DNA of 64,000 nucleotides from an uncultured Rhodobacteraceae bacterium (GCA_945952025.1 CAMFGW010000011.1:10377-74376), one strand, 5' to 3'; numbered from the stretch's first letter, positions 10,593 through 20,967 are shown. Notes: generated from the letters alone by a model not told the origin. Program-made: numbers and translations.

Positions 10593-11428
10593 TGCTCAGG
10601 CTTCTGCTCGCGACCTTGCTGCTCTTCCATCTGGCGATAGCGCGGGCCGAGACGCCGGCGGACTACAGCGAGACGCTGGCGCTGATGCGGGATGCCTGTC
10701 TGGCCGAGGACGATGTAGCGACGGCCCTCATCAACACGGACGACCGGTCGCTCGTCGTGACGATGAAGGATGGGCTCACGCTGACGGCCTATCCCGACAA
10801 TCTTCAGCTGCTACTCCGCACCGCAACGACCCCGGCCGAACGCGCGAGCCTCATCCAGAAGCACACCAACGCCCTTCTGGAAACCGCGCGCCGCGAGGGT
10901 AGCAAAAAATGGTACGATTCCAAGGACTTGCTGGCGGTTGTTCGACCCGCTTCCGCTGTGCCGACCTCCGCGACGTCACCTCCGGCCCGTCTTCCCTTCG
11001 TGGCCGGCCTGTCGATCTTCTTCGCCTTCGATACACCTGGCAATATCCACTACGCGTCACAAAAGGCTGTCGCCAACCTCGCCCCAAGCAACGAGGCGCT
11101 GCTCGCCTTCGCGATGAAGAATTTCGCAGCCAAGGGCCTGGCCGCCAAGATCGAGGGCAAGGATCCCTATTTCGTGATCATCGACGGCAATTACGAGGCC
11201 ACGGTCCTTCTCGACCGGGCCTTCTGGGACCAGCAGGATGAAAAGCTTGGCGTGGTAATCGTGGCGCCGATTGCGCGTGACCTCATCATCTTCGCTGACC
11301 GGTGGGTTCCCGGAAAGGAACAGGTCCTGCGCAAGGTTGCGGATAAGTATTTCGGTCAGGTGCCCTATCCGCTGACCGACAAGTTGCTCATGTGGGTGAA
11401 CCACCGCTGGGTCGAGCTGCCCGAGTAG
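10592..11428 (+). CDS. Exported hypothetical protein, possibly DUF1444/YtpQ-like
   Basis: ATG overlaps the apt stop (TGATG). Signal peptide [20 protein letters not shown]-terminal DGNYEATVLLD..FW...VVIVAPIARDLIIF is reminiscent of DUF1444. More AT-rich codons than its neighbours. Confidence 0.6.
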   Translation: MLRLLLATLLLFHLAIARAETPADYSETLALMRDACLAEDDVATALINTDDRSLVVTMKDGLTLTAYPDNLQLLLRTATTPAERASLIQKHTNALLETARREGSKKWYDSKDLLAVVRPASAVPTSATSPPARLPFVAGLSIFFAFDTPGNIHYASQKAVANLAPSNEALLAFAMKNFAAKGLAAKIEGKDPYFVIIDGNYEATVLLDRAFWDQQDEKLGVVIVAPIARDLIIFADRWVPGKEQVLRKVADKYFGQVPYPLTDKLLMWVNHRWVELPE

Positions 11429-11429
11429 C

Positions 11430-12842
11430 TCAGCCCAGCACCGCCCCCGGGTTCATGATCCCCAAGGGGTCGAGCGCCGCCTTGATCGACCGCATGGCCT
11501 GAAGCCGCGCCGGGTCGGCCCAGCGGGCCAGGTCAGCGACCTTCAGCCGCCCCACGCCATGTTCGGCGCTGAAACTGCCGCCCCGCTTCACGACCTCGGC
11601 ATGGATCGCTTCCTGGATCGCCGGCGCCTCGGCCAAGTAGGCGGCCCGCGTCTGGCCCTTTGGCGGAAAGACGTTCGTGTGCAGGTTGCCATCACCCAGA
11701 TGGCCGAAGGCGTTGAGCCGCAAGGGGCCGAAGCCCCCGACGATGGCGGCCGCGCGGTCGAGGAAGGCCGGGATTTCCGACAATGGCAGCGAGATGTCGT
11801 GCGACGAGATGGCGCCGATCCGCCGGTTTGCCTCGGGGATCGCCTCGCGCAGTGCCCAGAAGCCGGCCGCCTGAGCCTTTGTCGTGGCAAGGACGGCGTC
11901 GCTTACCAGGCCCCGCGCCTCGGCGGCGGCATAGAGCGCGGCCATCGCCCCGTCGGCATCCGCGCCTTCGGGCAGCGATGCCTCGACCAGCACCACCCAG
12001 CCGGGCGCGGTCGCAAAGGGCTGGCGGACCTCGGGCATCGTCTCGGACAGGAACGCGAGCCCCTGCCCCGAAATCAGCTCGAACGCCGTGAGCCCGCCCA
12101 GAAGCTGCGCCTGCGCCACGGCCAGAAGATCAAGCGCCACGGTGGGCGAGGGCACGACCATCAGCGCGACGGCGACGGCACCCGGAACGGGGAAGAGCTT
12201 CAGGCTCGCCGCCGTCAGGATGCCAAGCGTGCCTTCGGAGCCGACCAGCAGATCCCGAACATCATAGCCGGTGTTGTCCTTCCGAAGCCGCCGCAAGCCA
12301 TTCAGAATCGAACCATCAGCCAGAACCGCCTCGACCCCCAGGCACAGATCGCGCGCATTGCCATAGCGCAGCACATGGACGCCCCCCGCATTGGTCCCGA
12401 GCAAGCCTCCGACCCGCGCCGATCCGCCCGACGCGAGCGACAGCGGGAAGAGCCGCCCAGCATCGCGGGCCGCCGCCTGAAGGTCGGCCAGGATCACCCC
12501 CGCCTCGGCAATCACCACGTTTTCGGCAGGCCAAATCCCCCGCACCGCCGTCAGCCGCTCGACCGACAGGATCAGGGGCGCCGGCCCCTCGGGCATCAGG
12601 CTGCCAAGGACAAGCCCGGTCCCCCCGGCGCGCGGCACGATGCCGACGCGGGCCGAGCCGCAGGCGCGCACCACCTCGGCCACCTCTTCGGTGCTGCGCG
12701 GGGTGGCGACGAATAGCCCCTGCCCCGTGACGCGCCCGCGCGGCTCGTCCAGGTCACGCGCCTCGGCAGGCCGGACACGTCCGGGCGGCAGGCGGGCGGC
12801 CAGCGCCTCGGCGAAGGCCGCATCGGCGGGGTTCAGGCTCAT
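11430..12842 (-). CDS. FAD-linked oxidase (GlcD / D-2-hydroxyacid dehydrogenase family)
   Basis: PRAGGTGLVLG, GGLLGTNAGG, GSEGTLG, FGHLGDGNLH, SAEHGVG and LDPLGIMNPG motifs. Confidence 0.9.
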   Translation of the reverse strand: MSLNPADAAFAEALAARLPPGRVRPAEARDLDEPRGRVTGQGLFVATPRSTEEVAEVVRACGSARVGIVPRAGGTGLVLGSLMPEGPAPLILSVERLTAVRGIWPAENVVIAEAGVILADLQAAARDAGRLFPLSLASGGSARVGGLLGTNAGGVHVLRYGNARDLCLGVEAVLADGSILNGLRRLRKDNTGYDVRDLLVGSEGTLGILTAASLKLFPVPGAVAVALMVVPSPTVALDLLAVAQAQLLGGLTAFELISGQGLAFLSETMPEVRQPFATAPGWVVLVEASLPEGADADGAMAALYAAAEARGLVSDAVLATTKAQAAGFWALREAIPEANRRIGAISSHDISLPLSEIPAFLDRAAAIVGGFGPLRLNAFGHLGDGNLHTNVFPPKGQTRAAYLAEAPAIQEAIHAEVVKRGGSFSAEHGVGRLKVADLARWADPARLQAMRSIKAALDPLGIMNPGAVLG

Positions 12843-13378
12843 GCGCCGACCTTCCCGGCCAGATCGGCCAGGGCGCGCACGGTCTTGAGGTTGCGCATGG
12901 TCGCGTCGACCGGCAGTGCCATCAGGCGATGCGCGAGTTTCGAGCGCGCCAGCCCCCCCGGCAGGTGCAGCCACAAGAGCCGCCCGCGCCAGACCCACCG
13001 CTCAGCCGGCGCGGCAACCGCCTTCAGGAAATCCCCGGCCTCTCGCGGCAGGTCGCGGCCCAGAAAGACGGCATGGACCTCAGCCTCTGGCGCGGCGCCA
13101 TAGGGGCAGAAGTCGAGTGCCGCCGCCAGATCGCCGCCCGTGCGGATCAGGACCGGCGGCCGGAACCCCGCGCGCGCCAGGACCCCGTCGGCGATCGCCG
13201 CCGCAAGCTCGGGGCCCGCGCGGTCAGACCGAAAGACCACATTGCCGCTTTGCAGGTAGGTGCGGGCGCCCGTGCCCCCGGCCCCGGCCACCACGGCGCG
13301 CAGGTCGGCCATCGGCAGGACGTTCTTGCCGCCCACGTTTACCGCCCTGAGAAGCCCCACCTGGACTGTCACCGCCAC
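12839..13378 (-). CDS. DUF1697 family protein
   Basis: LLRAVNVGGKN.LPMADLR, TYLQSGNVVF and TMRNLKTV are the DUF1697 hallmarks. GTG start at 13378. Confidence 0.8.
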   Translation of the reverse strand: MAVTVQVGLLRAVNVGGKNVLPMADLRAVVAGAGGTGARTYLQSGNVVFRSDRAGPELAAAIADGVLARAGFRPPVLIRTGGDLAAALDFCPYGAAPEAEVHAVFLGRDLPREAGDFLKAVAAPAERWVWRGRLLWLHLPGGLARSKLAHRLMALPVDATMRNLKTVRALADLAGKVGA

Positions 13379-13400
13379 TCCTTCACCGACAAGGGCCCCG

Positions 13401-13988
13401 TCAGGCGCCCGCGTCCGTCCGCCCTCGCCGGTCCGCCCTGAGATTGGCGTAAAGCACGTGATTGCGCCAGCGGCCGTTGATCTGCAGGTAGGACTGCGCG
13501 ACGCCCTCATACTTGAAACCGGTCTTTTCCAGGACCCCGCGCGAGGCGCGGTTTTCCGGCAGGCAGCCCGCCTCGAGCCGCGAAAGGTCCAGCTCGGCAA
13601 AGGCGTAATGCACCAGCGCCTCGAGCGCCTCGCGCATGTAGCCCTGCCGCGCGAAGGGCGCGCCGACCCAGTAGCCAACCGTGCCCGCCTGCGCCGGCCC
13701 CCGCCGGATATTGTCGAGCGTCACGCCCCCGATCAACATGCTGTCCGCCCGCCGGACCAGGAACAGCGGCACCGCCGTCCCCGCGGCCTCCGCGCGCGAG
13801 GCCCAATAGACCCGCGTGGTGAAGGCCCGGCGCGACAGGGCCTCTGGCGACCAGACCGGGTCCCACGGCGTTAGGAAGTCGCGGCTTTCCTCGCGAAGCG
13901 TCGCCCAGGCACGGTGGTCGGAATGGGTCGGCAGCCGCAGGCTCAGCCGCTCGGTTTCCAGCCGGACCTTGCGCCGGATCAGCCCCAT
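13401..13988 (-). CDS. RimJ/RimL family GNAT N-acetyltransferase
   Basis: LETERLSLR, IGGVTLDNIRRG, GYWVG...GYMREAL, ENRASRGVLEKTGFKYEG. Confidence 0.9.
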   Translation of the reverse strand: MGLIRRKVRLETERLSLRLPTHSDHRAWATLREESRDFLTPWDPVWSPEALSRRAFTTRVYWASRAEAAGTAVPLFLVRRADSMLIGGVTLDNIRRGPAQAGTVGYWVGAPFARQGYMREALEALVHYAFAELDLSRLEAGCLPENRASRGVLEKTGFKYEGVAQSYLQINGRWRNHVLYANLRADRRGRTDAGA

Positions 13989-15250
13989 CAGCCCGCGAGC
14001 CGTGCTTTCAGCGCCGCCAGATCCGGCGCCGCCTCGACCGGCCCGTAAAGCGCGAGTGCTGCGTCGGTGTCGGCGACGACGCCCGCACCATAGGCCCGGA
14101 CAGCGGCGACCGACACATAGTCGATCTCGGCCGTTGCCTCGCGCAGGCCGGGGACGCGCCCCCAGATCGCCAGATAGCGCGCCATCCTTTCGGCCCGCGC
14201 CGACGGGCTTTCAAGCCCCATCAGCAGGCCCGCCTTCAGCTGCGCCTTGGCCCGCGCCACCTCTGCCTCTGACAGGTCCTCGGCAGCGCGCTTCAACTCG
14301 TCCATCGTCAACGTGGCCAGATCGTCGATCTCTTCGGCCGAGGTGCCGGCATAGATCGTCAGCATCCCCGTGTCGTCATAGCTGCCGGCCTGGGAATAGA
14401 TCGAATAGCACAGGCCCCGCTCTTCCCGGATCTTCTGGAAGAGGCGCGAGGACATGCCGCCGCCAAGTGCGGTCGCATAGACCTGTGCCGCATGCATGTC
14501 GCGGTCGCGGTAGGCGGGCGCGCGGAAGCCCATGGCGAAATGGACCTGCTCCAGCTCCTTGACCTCGCGCCGCTCGCCGCCCTGCCAGCGCGCGGCTTCG
14601 GGGTCGGGACCGGGCGGATGCGTCAGGGTGCCGAACAGGTCCTCGGCCAGCTTCACCAGTGCATCATGGTCGACGGCACCGGCAGCAGCCAGGATCATGC
14701 GCTCGGGCCCGTAATGTTCGGCCACGAAGCCTTCAAGGTCGGCGCGGTCAAAGGACGACACACGCTCGGCCGGGCCAAGGATGGTGCGGCCCATGGCCTG
14801 ACCGGGATAGGCCGCTTCCTGCAGCCAGTCGAAGATGATGTCGTCCGGCGTGTCGACCGCCTGGCCGATTTCCTGCAGAATGACGTTGCGCTCGACCTCG
14901 ATCTCGCGCGCGTCGAACAGCGGGTTCAGCACGATGTCAGCCAGCACGTCGAGCGCCATCGGCACGTCGGGTTCCAGCACGCGGGCATAGAAGGCCGTCA
15001 TCTCGCGCGAGGTATAGGCGTTGATGTAGCCGCCCACATCCTCGATCTCTTCCGCGATCCGAAGGGCCGAGCGGCGCTTGGTGCCCTTGAAGGCCATATG
15101 TTCCAGAAAATGCGCAATGCCGTTCTGCTCGGGCCGCTCATGCCGCCCGCCGGTCGTGATCCAGAGGCCGACCGAGGCCGACAGAAGGCCCGGCATCGCC
15201 TCGGTCACGATCCGAAGCCCGTTCGGGAGTGTCGTGAGCCGGGTCAGCAC
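13988..15250 (-). CDS. M16 family zinc peptidase (pitrilysin/MPP-like)
   Basis: Inverted zinc motif HFLEH (GIAHFLEHMAFKGT), NAYTSRE, and GGGMSSRLFQ.IREERGLCY. Confidence 0.93.
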   Translation of the reverse strand: MLTRLTTLPNGLRIVTEAMPGLLSASVGLWITTGGRHERPEQNGIAHFLEHMAFKGTKRRSALRIAEEIEDVGGYINAYTSREMTAFYARVLEPDVPMALDVLADIVLNPLFDAREIEVERNVILQEIGQAVDTPDDIIFDWLQEAAYPGQAMGRTILGPAERVSSFDRADLEGFVAEHYGPERMILAAAGAVDHDALVKLAEDLFGTLTHPPGPDPEAARWQGGERREVKELEQVHFAMGFRAPAYRDRDMHAAQVYATALGGGMSSRLFQKIREERGLCYSIYSQAGSYDDTGMLTIYAGTSAEEIDDLATLTMDELKRAAEDLSEAEVARAKAQLKAGLLMGLESPSARAERMARYLAIWGRVPGLREATAEIDYVSVAAVRAYGAGVVADTDAALALYGPVEAAPDLAALKARLAG

Positions 15251-16635
15251 GCGCGCCGCCTTTCGCGGACCATCGCCTGCAGGGCCGCCAGGTCGTTCGG
15301 CACGCGCGTCACCCGCTCGTCGCGCGCGAAAAGGGTGGCCATGTGGGGCGGCAGTTCCGGCGAAACGCCGGTTGCGCGCTCGACCGCATCGGGGAACTTC
15401 GCCGGATGGGCGGTCGCGAGCGTCACCATCGGCACCCGGCCAAGATGCGCCTCGGCCACCTGGACGCCGACCGCCGTGTGCGGGCAGATGGCGCGGCCAG
15501 TCGTGTCCCAGACGCGGGCGATGGTTTCCAGCGTCTCATCCTCGGACACCCGGCCCGAGGCGAAGCGTTCGCGCAGCGCCTGCAGCGCGCCCTGGCTGAC
15601 GGTGAAGCCGCCCGTCGCGCGCAGCTCGTCCATCAGCGCCGCCACCGCCCGGCCGTCGCGGCCATAGGCGTCGAAGAGTGCGCGCTCGAAATTGGACGAG
15701 ACCTGGATGTCCATCGATGGGCTGATCGAGGGCGCGACCGCCCCCATCTGGTAGCGCCCAGTCGTCAGGCAGCGGTCCAGGATGTCATTCTGGTTGGTCG
15801 CGATCACCAGCCGGTCGATCGGCAGGCCCATGGCCTTGGCGATGGACCCCGCGTAGATGTCGCCGAAATTGCCGGTCGGCACGGTGAAGCTGACCGGCCG
15901 GTGCGGCGCGCCAAGCGAGACGGCGGCGGTGAAGTAATAGACGACCTGCGCCAGGACCCGCGCCCAGTTGATCGAATTGACCCCCGCCAACCCGACCTCG
16001 TCCCGGAATGTGAAGTCGTTGAACATGTCCTTGAGCCGCGCCTGCGCATCGTCGAACGTGCCGTCGATGGCCAGCGCATGGACGTTCGCCTCGGACGGCG
16101 TGGTCATCTGGCGGCGCTGCACGTCCGAAACCCGGCCATGCGGGTAAAGGATCACCACATCCACGTTTTCCAGCCCGCGGAAGGCCTCGATCGCCGCCGA
16201 TCCGGTGTCGCCCGAGGTCGCACCGACGATGGTGATGCGCCGCCCGCCGCGCGCCAGCGCGATCTGGAAAAGCTGGCCGATCACCTGCATCGCGAAATCT
16301 TTGAAGGCAAGCGTCGGCCCGTGGTAAAGTTCCAGGAGGAAGTGGTTCGCGCCGATCTGGCTCAGGGGCGCACGGGCCGCATGGTCGAAGCCCGTATAGG
16401 CCCGCAGGATGGCGCCCTGCAACTCGGCATCGGTGAAGGCACCGCCGACGAAGGGCCGCATGACGCGAAAGGCGATGTCCTCGTAGCTGTGGCCCGCAAG
16501 GGCGGCAATATCATCCGCCGTCAGGCGGGGCAGGCTTTCGGGAACATACAGGCCGCCGTCGCGCGCCAGGCCGGTCAGCATGGCTTCGTCGAAGCCCAGA
16601 ACGGGGGCCGTTCCCCGCGTGGACACATACCGCAT
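15244..16635 (-). CDS. thrC: Threonine synthase
   Basis: YVSTRG, LELYHGPTLAFKD (PLP Lys), GATSGDTG, NSINWAR and VPTGNFG motifs. Confidence 0.96.
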   Translation of the reverse strand: MRYVSTRGTAPVLGFDEAMLTGLARDGGLYVPESLPRLTADDIAALAGHSYEDIAFRVMRPFVGGAFTDAELQGAILRAYTGFDHAARAPLSQIGANHFLLELYHGPTLAFKDFAMQVIGQLFQIALARGGRRITIVGATSGDTGSAAIEAFRGLENVDVVILYPHGRVSDVQRRQMTTPSEANVHALAIDGTFDDAQARLKDMFNDFTFRDEVGLAGVNSINWARVLAQVVYYFTAAVSLGAPHRPVSFTVPTGNFGDIYAGSIAKAMGLPIDRLVIATNQNDILDRCLTTGRYQMGAVAPSISPSMDIQVSSNFERALFDAYGRDGRAVAALMDELRATGGFTVSQGALQALRERFASGRVSEDETLETIARVWDTTGRAICPHTAVGVQVAEAHLGRVPMVTLATAHPAKFPDAVERATGVSPELPPHMATLFARDERVTRVPNDLAALQAMVRERRRAC

Positions 16636-16645
16636 TCGGCCTCTC

Positions 16646-17326
16646 CTAGCTCGCTCGACGTCTGATACGCCACAGGAACGCCACTGTCATCCCCGCCCAG
16701 ACCACGGCGAGTGAAAACCAGGTAATGGCATAGTTCAGATGGTTGTTCGGGATGGCCGACGTGTCGACCGGCACCGGCGTGATCCCCGGCTCTTCCCCCG
16801 CGACCTCGCGCGCGATGACCAGAACAGGCTCGGTGCCGAGCGCCTGGGCGATGGGGCCGGCATCGCGCGCAAAGAAGATATGGGTCTTGGGGTCCGGCGG
16901 CGGAGTGTAGCCGTCGCTGTCGTGCGGCCAGGCCAGGTTTCCGGTCACGCTGAGAGCCACCGGCGGGCGTTCCTTGGTCCGGGCCGCCTCTGGCACGAAG
17001 CCCCGGTCCAGAAGGATCATGCGGCCCGTGTCGGTCTGAAAGGCTGAAATGACCTCATACCCCGCCCCCGCCATCGTCTGGCCCGAGATGACCAGCGCCT
17101 CCGGCCCCGTGGTGCGGCCGCTGACCGTGACGGCCCGGTAGCGGTGCGCCTCTTCCTTCAGCGCCCCAAGTCTGTCGAGCGGGACCGCGGGTGCCACGAT
17201 CTGGGCATTGATCTCGGCGAGGATCGCTTCCTTCCAGGCCAGCCGCCGGACCTGCCAGATGCCAAGCGACAGAAGGATCGCGCAGCCGCCAACACCGACG
17301 ATCAGCAGGAACAGAAGTCGCCGCAT
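16646..17326 (-). CDS. surf1: SURF1/Shy1 cytochrome oxidase assembly protein
   Basis: LSLGIWQVRRLAWKE, LLDRGFVP and NNHLNYAITWF motifs. Confidence 0.92.
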   Translation of the reverse strand: MRRLLFLLIVGVGGCAILLSLGIWQVRRLAWKEAILAEINAQIVAPAVPLDRLGALKEEAHRYRAVTVSGRTTGPEALVISGQTMAGAGYEVISAFQTDTGRMILLDRGFVPEAARTKERPPVALSVTGNLAWPHDSDGYTPPPDPKTHIFFARDAGPIAQALGTEPVLVIAREVAGEEPGITPVPVDTSAIPNNHLNYAITWFSLAVVWAGMTVAFLWRIRRRAS

Positions 17327-17340
17327 GGGCCCCCCAAAGA

Positions 17341-17370
17341 AAAAGCGCGGGGAACCTGCGCCCCCCGCGC
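17341..17370 (-). terminator. Probable intrinsic terminator after cox3
   Basis: GCGCGGGG/CCCCGCGC 8-bp stem (17345-17352 and 17363-17370), followed by a T-run on the minus strand. Confidence 0.5.
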
Positions 17371-17393
17371 CCTAAACCACGGCCGCGCTGAAA

Positions 17394-18197
17394 TCAGGCG
17401 CTGCCCCAGATGTAGATCGTGGCGAAGAGGAAGAGCCAGACCACGTCGACGAAGTGCCAGTACCAGGCCGCATCCTCGAAGCCGACATGCTTTTCGGGCG
17501 TGAAGGCCCCGCGCGTCGCCCGCACATAGCAGACCAGAAGGAAGATCGTGCCGATGATGACATGCGCGCCGTGGAAGCCCGTCGCCATGAAGAACGAGGC
17601 GCCGTAGATGTTGCCGGCGAAGCTGAAGCCCGCATGGGCATATTCGTAGGCCTGGAAGACCGTGAAGAGCGCACCGAGCATCACCGCCAGCAGAAGGCCG
17701 TTCCTCAGGTCCTTGCGGTTGTTTTCGTGCACCAGCGCATGGTGCGCCCAGGTGACCGCCGCGCCCGAGCACAGCAGGATCAGCGTGTTGATGAGCGGCA
17801 GGTGCCAGGGATCGAAGGTCTGGATGCCCGCCGGCGGCCACTTGCCGTCGACCAGGGGCGAGTCCGGCCCCATCGGATAGAGCGCGTTCTTGATGAAGTT
17901 CCAGAACCAGGCCGAGAAGAACATCACCTCTGAGATGATGAAGAGGATGAAGCCGTAGCGCAGGCCCAGCTGCACGACCGGAGTATATTCCCCGTCGTCG
18001 CCTTCGCGCGCCATGCCGCTCCACCAGCCGACCATGACGTAAAGGACGATCGCGAGCCCGATCGCAAAGCCCCACGGCGCCGAGCCGTGCAGCCAGAGGA
18101 CCAGGCCGAACAGCATGATGAACGCCCCGACGGCGCCAAGGAACGGATAGATCGAGGGCGGAAGGATATGGTAATCGTGGTTCTTTGCGTGCGCCAT
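17394..18197 (-). CDS. ctaE: Cytochrome c oxidase subunit III
   Basis: [33 protein letters not shown] and [13 protein letters not shown] motifs. Confidence 0.96.
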   Translation of the reverse strand: MAHAKNHDYHILPPSIYPFLGAVGAFIMLFGLVLWLHGSAPWGFAIGLAIVLYVMVGWWSGMAREGDDGEYTPVVQLGLRYGFILFIISEVMFFSAWFWNFIKNALYPMGPDSPLVDGKWPPAGIQTFDPWHLPLINTLILLCSGAAVTWAHHALVHENNRKDLRNGLLLAVMLGALFTVFQAYEYAHAGFSFAGNIYGASFFMATGFHGAHVIIGTIFLLVCYVRATRGAFTPEKHVGFEDAAWYWHFVDVVWLFLFATIYIWGSA

Positions 18198-18224
18198 GGT
18201 CTGTCCCGGTAGGTCCCTGTTTCG

Positions 18225-18809
18225 TCAGTTATAGGCGGGCTTTTGCGCGGGCGGAAGACTCGCCTGCGGCTGGGGCGCCGCCTTTTCGTAAAAGGTGTAG
18301 GAGAGAGCGATTTCATGTACCCGCGACGTATCGGGGTCGCGCTTGATCTGTGGGTCGACGTAGAAGACGACCGGCATCGACACCGTCTCGCCCGGCTGGA
18401 GCGTCTGTTCGGTGAAGCAGAAGCACTCGATCTTGGTGAAATAGGCGCCCGCGACATCGGGGGCCACGTTGAATACGGCGCTGCCGGTCACCGGCCTGTC
18501 GCTGTGGTTCGTCGCCTCGTAGGTCGCCATCACCGTATCGCCGATCTTCACCGTCATCTGGTTCTGCGTCGGCTTGAAGGTCCAGGGCAGGCCACCGCCC
18601 ACATTGGCGTCAAAGCGGATCGAGATGGTCTGGTCCAGGACCTCGCCCGTCGATTTCTCGGCGACCTGCGGGGTTCCGGCAAAGCCGGTGGTGCGACAGA
18701 ACCAGGTATAGAAGGGGACCGCCGCGAAGCTGAGCGCGCCCATTGTCAGAACAAGGCCGATCAGCGCCAGCGCCATGCGGCCGTTGCGGGGGGTCGCAGA
18801 ACCGCTCAT
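18225..18809 (-). CDS. ctaG: Cytochrome c oxidase copper chaperone CtaG/Cox11
   Basis: WFCRTTGFAG and KIECFCFTEQTL Cu-binding motif. Confidence 0.95.
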   Translation of the reverse strand: MSGSATPRNGRMALALIGLVLTMGALSFAAVPFYTWFCRTTGFAGTPQVAEKSTGEVLDQTISIRFDANVGGGLPWTFKPTQNQMTVKIGDTVMATYEATNHSDRPVTGSAVFNVAPDVAGAYFTKIECFCFTEQTLQPGETVSMPVVFYVDPQIKRDPDTSRVHEIALSYTFYEKAAPQPQASLPPAQKPAYN

Positions 18810-18985
18810 GGCGACACCGGCGCGGTCATGCCCGGCGGCTGCCCGTCAGCTGTCTGCCGCGACACCTTCACCACCGTCAGGCCGAAGATCAGGATGGCGA
18901 AGGCCAGCAGCACGGCGCCAAGCCCCATGTTCCGGCTCCGGCGGCGCTGGTGCAGCTCATGGTCCGGGCGGATCGGCGCTACCAT
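18806..18985 (-). CDS. Small single-TM protein of the cox operon
   Basis: MVAPIRPDHELHQRRRSRNMGLGAVLLAFAILIFGLTVVKV. Overlaps both ctaB and ctaG, the usual position for this small ORF in alphaproteobacterial cox operons. Confidence 0.75.
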   Translation of the reverse strand: MVAPIRPDHELHQRRRSRNMGLGAVLLAFAILIFGLTVVKVSRQTADGQPPGMTAPVSP

Positions 18986-19923
18986 GCCGCCCACCCCATG
19001 CCATGCAGGACCGTCTCGGCCAGGATCGCGGCGAAATGGCCGAAGAGGTAAAGGAGCGAGAAGCGGAAGAAGCGCCGCTCGGCCACGTAATTGTCGGCGA
19101 CCGCGACCTCTTCGTCGCGCCGCCAGAGCCGCAGGCCGCCCAGGATGAAGAGCGCGTTCAGGACCACCGCCACCGCCAGATAGACCGGGCCGCCGACCGA
19201 GGTCAGGCCCAGCGCCAGCGCCACGGGCGCGAGGATCAGCGTATAGGCCAGGATATGGCGCCGCGTGACCCGGCGGCCGTGCGTCACCGTCAGCATCGGC
19301 ACCCCGGCGCGCGAATAATCGTCCTTCATGAAGAGCGCGAGCGCCCAGAAATGCGGCGGCGTCCAGAGGAAGATCAGCGCGAACATCAGGACCGGCGGCC
19401 AGGCGATGGTGCCCGTCGCCGCCATCCAGCCGATCACCGGCGGAAAGGCCCCGGCCGCGCCGCCGATGACGATGTTCTGCGGCGTCCAGCGCTTCAGCCA
19501 CATCGTGTAGATGACGACGTAGAAGAAGATCGTGAAGGCCAGAAGGCCCGCCGCCGCGAAATTGGTCGCAAGCCCCAGCATCAGGCAGGAGATGAGCCCG
19601 AGCCCGAGCCCGAGCCCCGCCGCCTCGCCCCCGGTGATCCGCCCCGCCGGGATCGGCCGCGACTGGGTGCGGCGCATGATCCGGTCGATGTCGGCGTCAT
19701 ACCACATGTTCAGCGCGCCCGAGGCCCCGCCGCCAAGCGCGATGAAAAGGATCGCGGCAAAACTTTCCAGGGGATGCAGCGACATGGGCGCGGCCAGAAG
19801 CCCGACAAGCGCCGTGAAGACGACCAGCGACATGACGCGCGGCTTCAGAAGCTGCACGAAATCGCCGAACCCGGCATCGTGCTCGCCCATGGCGCCGTCA
19901 TCGAGGGACCGTGCGTCCGTCAT
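18979..19923 (-). CDS. ctaB: Protoheme IX farnesyltransferase (heme O synthase)
   Basis: LLKPRVMSLVVFT, NMWYDADID..M.RT..RP, WLKRWTPQNIVIGG and WTPPHFWAL motifs. Confidence 0.95.
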   Translation of the reverse strand: MTDARSLDDGAMGEHDAGFGDFVQLLKPRVMSLVVFTALVGLLAAPMSLHPLESFAAILFIALGGGASGALNMWYDADIDRIMRRTQSRPIPAGRITGGEAAGLGLGLGLISCLMLGLATNFAAAGLLAFTIFFYVVIYTMWLKRWTPQNIVIGGAAGAFPPVIGWMAATGTIAWPPVLMFALIFLWTPPHFWALALFMKDDYSRAGVPMLTVTHGRRVTRRHILAYTLILAPVALALGLTSVGGPVYLAVAVVLNALFILGGLRLWRRDEEVAVADNYVAERRFFRFSLLYLFGHFAAILAETVLHGMGWAAW

Positions 19924-20028
19924 TGTCGCTTTCACCGTCGCAATCATCTCGGGGCCCGAAGGCCATTTCCCCAGTAGACCAGGCGGCCGCGTCACCGCCG
20001 GCCGCCCGAAGCGCCCCCGAAAGGCGTC

Positions 20029-20967
20029 TCAGTTCGACGCCACCTGAACCGCCGCCGGGCCGGTCTGGTTCGCGGCCGACTTGAAGCGCGCGACCCAGGC
20101 GTCATAGGTCGGCTGGTCCACCACCTTCACCACGATCGGCATGTAGGCATGGTCCTTGCCGCAGATATTGGTGCACTGGCCGAAATAGACCCCGACCGTA
20201 TCGGTCTTGAACCACATCTCGCCCGTGCGGCCCGGCACGGCCGAATGCTGCTGGGCAAGGGCCGGAACATACCAGCCATGGATCACGTCCGCGCCGGTGA
20301 CGTGCATGACGATCGTCTTGCCGACCGGCACGACCATGGCATTGTCGACCGCCAGCAGGAACTGGTCTGGCGTGTAGCCCAGCGCCTTCAGCTTCATGTC
20401 GGCGATGTCATTGTGGATCTGCGGATCGCCCATCGGCTGGTCGGCCCCGAGCGACGCGACCTTGGTCGTCCCGTCGACGCGCATCGAATCGAAGGACACG
20501 CCGAGGTCGGGATATTCATAGGACCAATACCACTGGTTGCCCGTGATCTTGACCAGCACGTCGGCCTTCGGAATCTCGAGCTGCTTGAAGAGAACCGGCA
20601 GCGAGAACGAGCCGAGCGTCACCAGAATCAGGATCGGCACCAGCGTCCAGACGATTTCCAGGGGCGTATTGTGGGTGAAGCGCGCGGGCGTGGGGTTGGC
20701 GCGCTGGTTGAAGCGCAGGATCACGAAGGCCAGAAGCAGCATGACCAGGGCCACAACGCCGAAGCAGATGTAAAGCAGCATGCCGTCCAGCCAGTGCTGG
20801 TCGGTCGCAATCACGCCCGAGGCGGTCTGAAGGGCGATTCCCTCCAGATGCGGCGCGCCGATGACCGGCAGGCCCGTGATGCCGTCTTCGGCCCGCGCGA
20901 GCCCGGTGAGCCCGCCCAGGGCAAGAAATCCAGCCGCAAGGCCCGTAAGAAGTCTGGAAGTGCGCAT
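20029..20967 (-). CDS. coxB: Cytochrome c oxidase subunit II
   Basis: HNTPLEIVWT, GNQWYWSYEY, DVIHGW and CuA motif GQCTNICGKDHAYM. Confidence 0.95.
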   Translation of the reverse strand: MRTSRLLTGLAAGFLALGGLTGLARAEDGITGLPVIGAPHLEGIALQTASGVIATDQHWLDGMLLYICFGVVALVMLLLAFVILRFNQRANPTPARFTHNTPLEIVWTLVPILILVTLGSFSLPVLFKQLEIPKADVLVKITGNQWYWSYEYPDLGVSFDSMRVDGTTKVASLGADQPMGDPQIHNDIADMKLKALGYTPDQFLLAVDNAMVVPVGKTIVMHVTGADVIHGWYVPALAQQHSAVPGRTGEMWFKTDTVGVYFGQCTNICGKDHAYMPIVVKVVDQPTYDAWVARFKSAANQTGPAAVQVASN

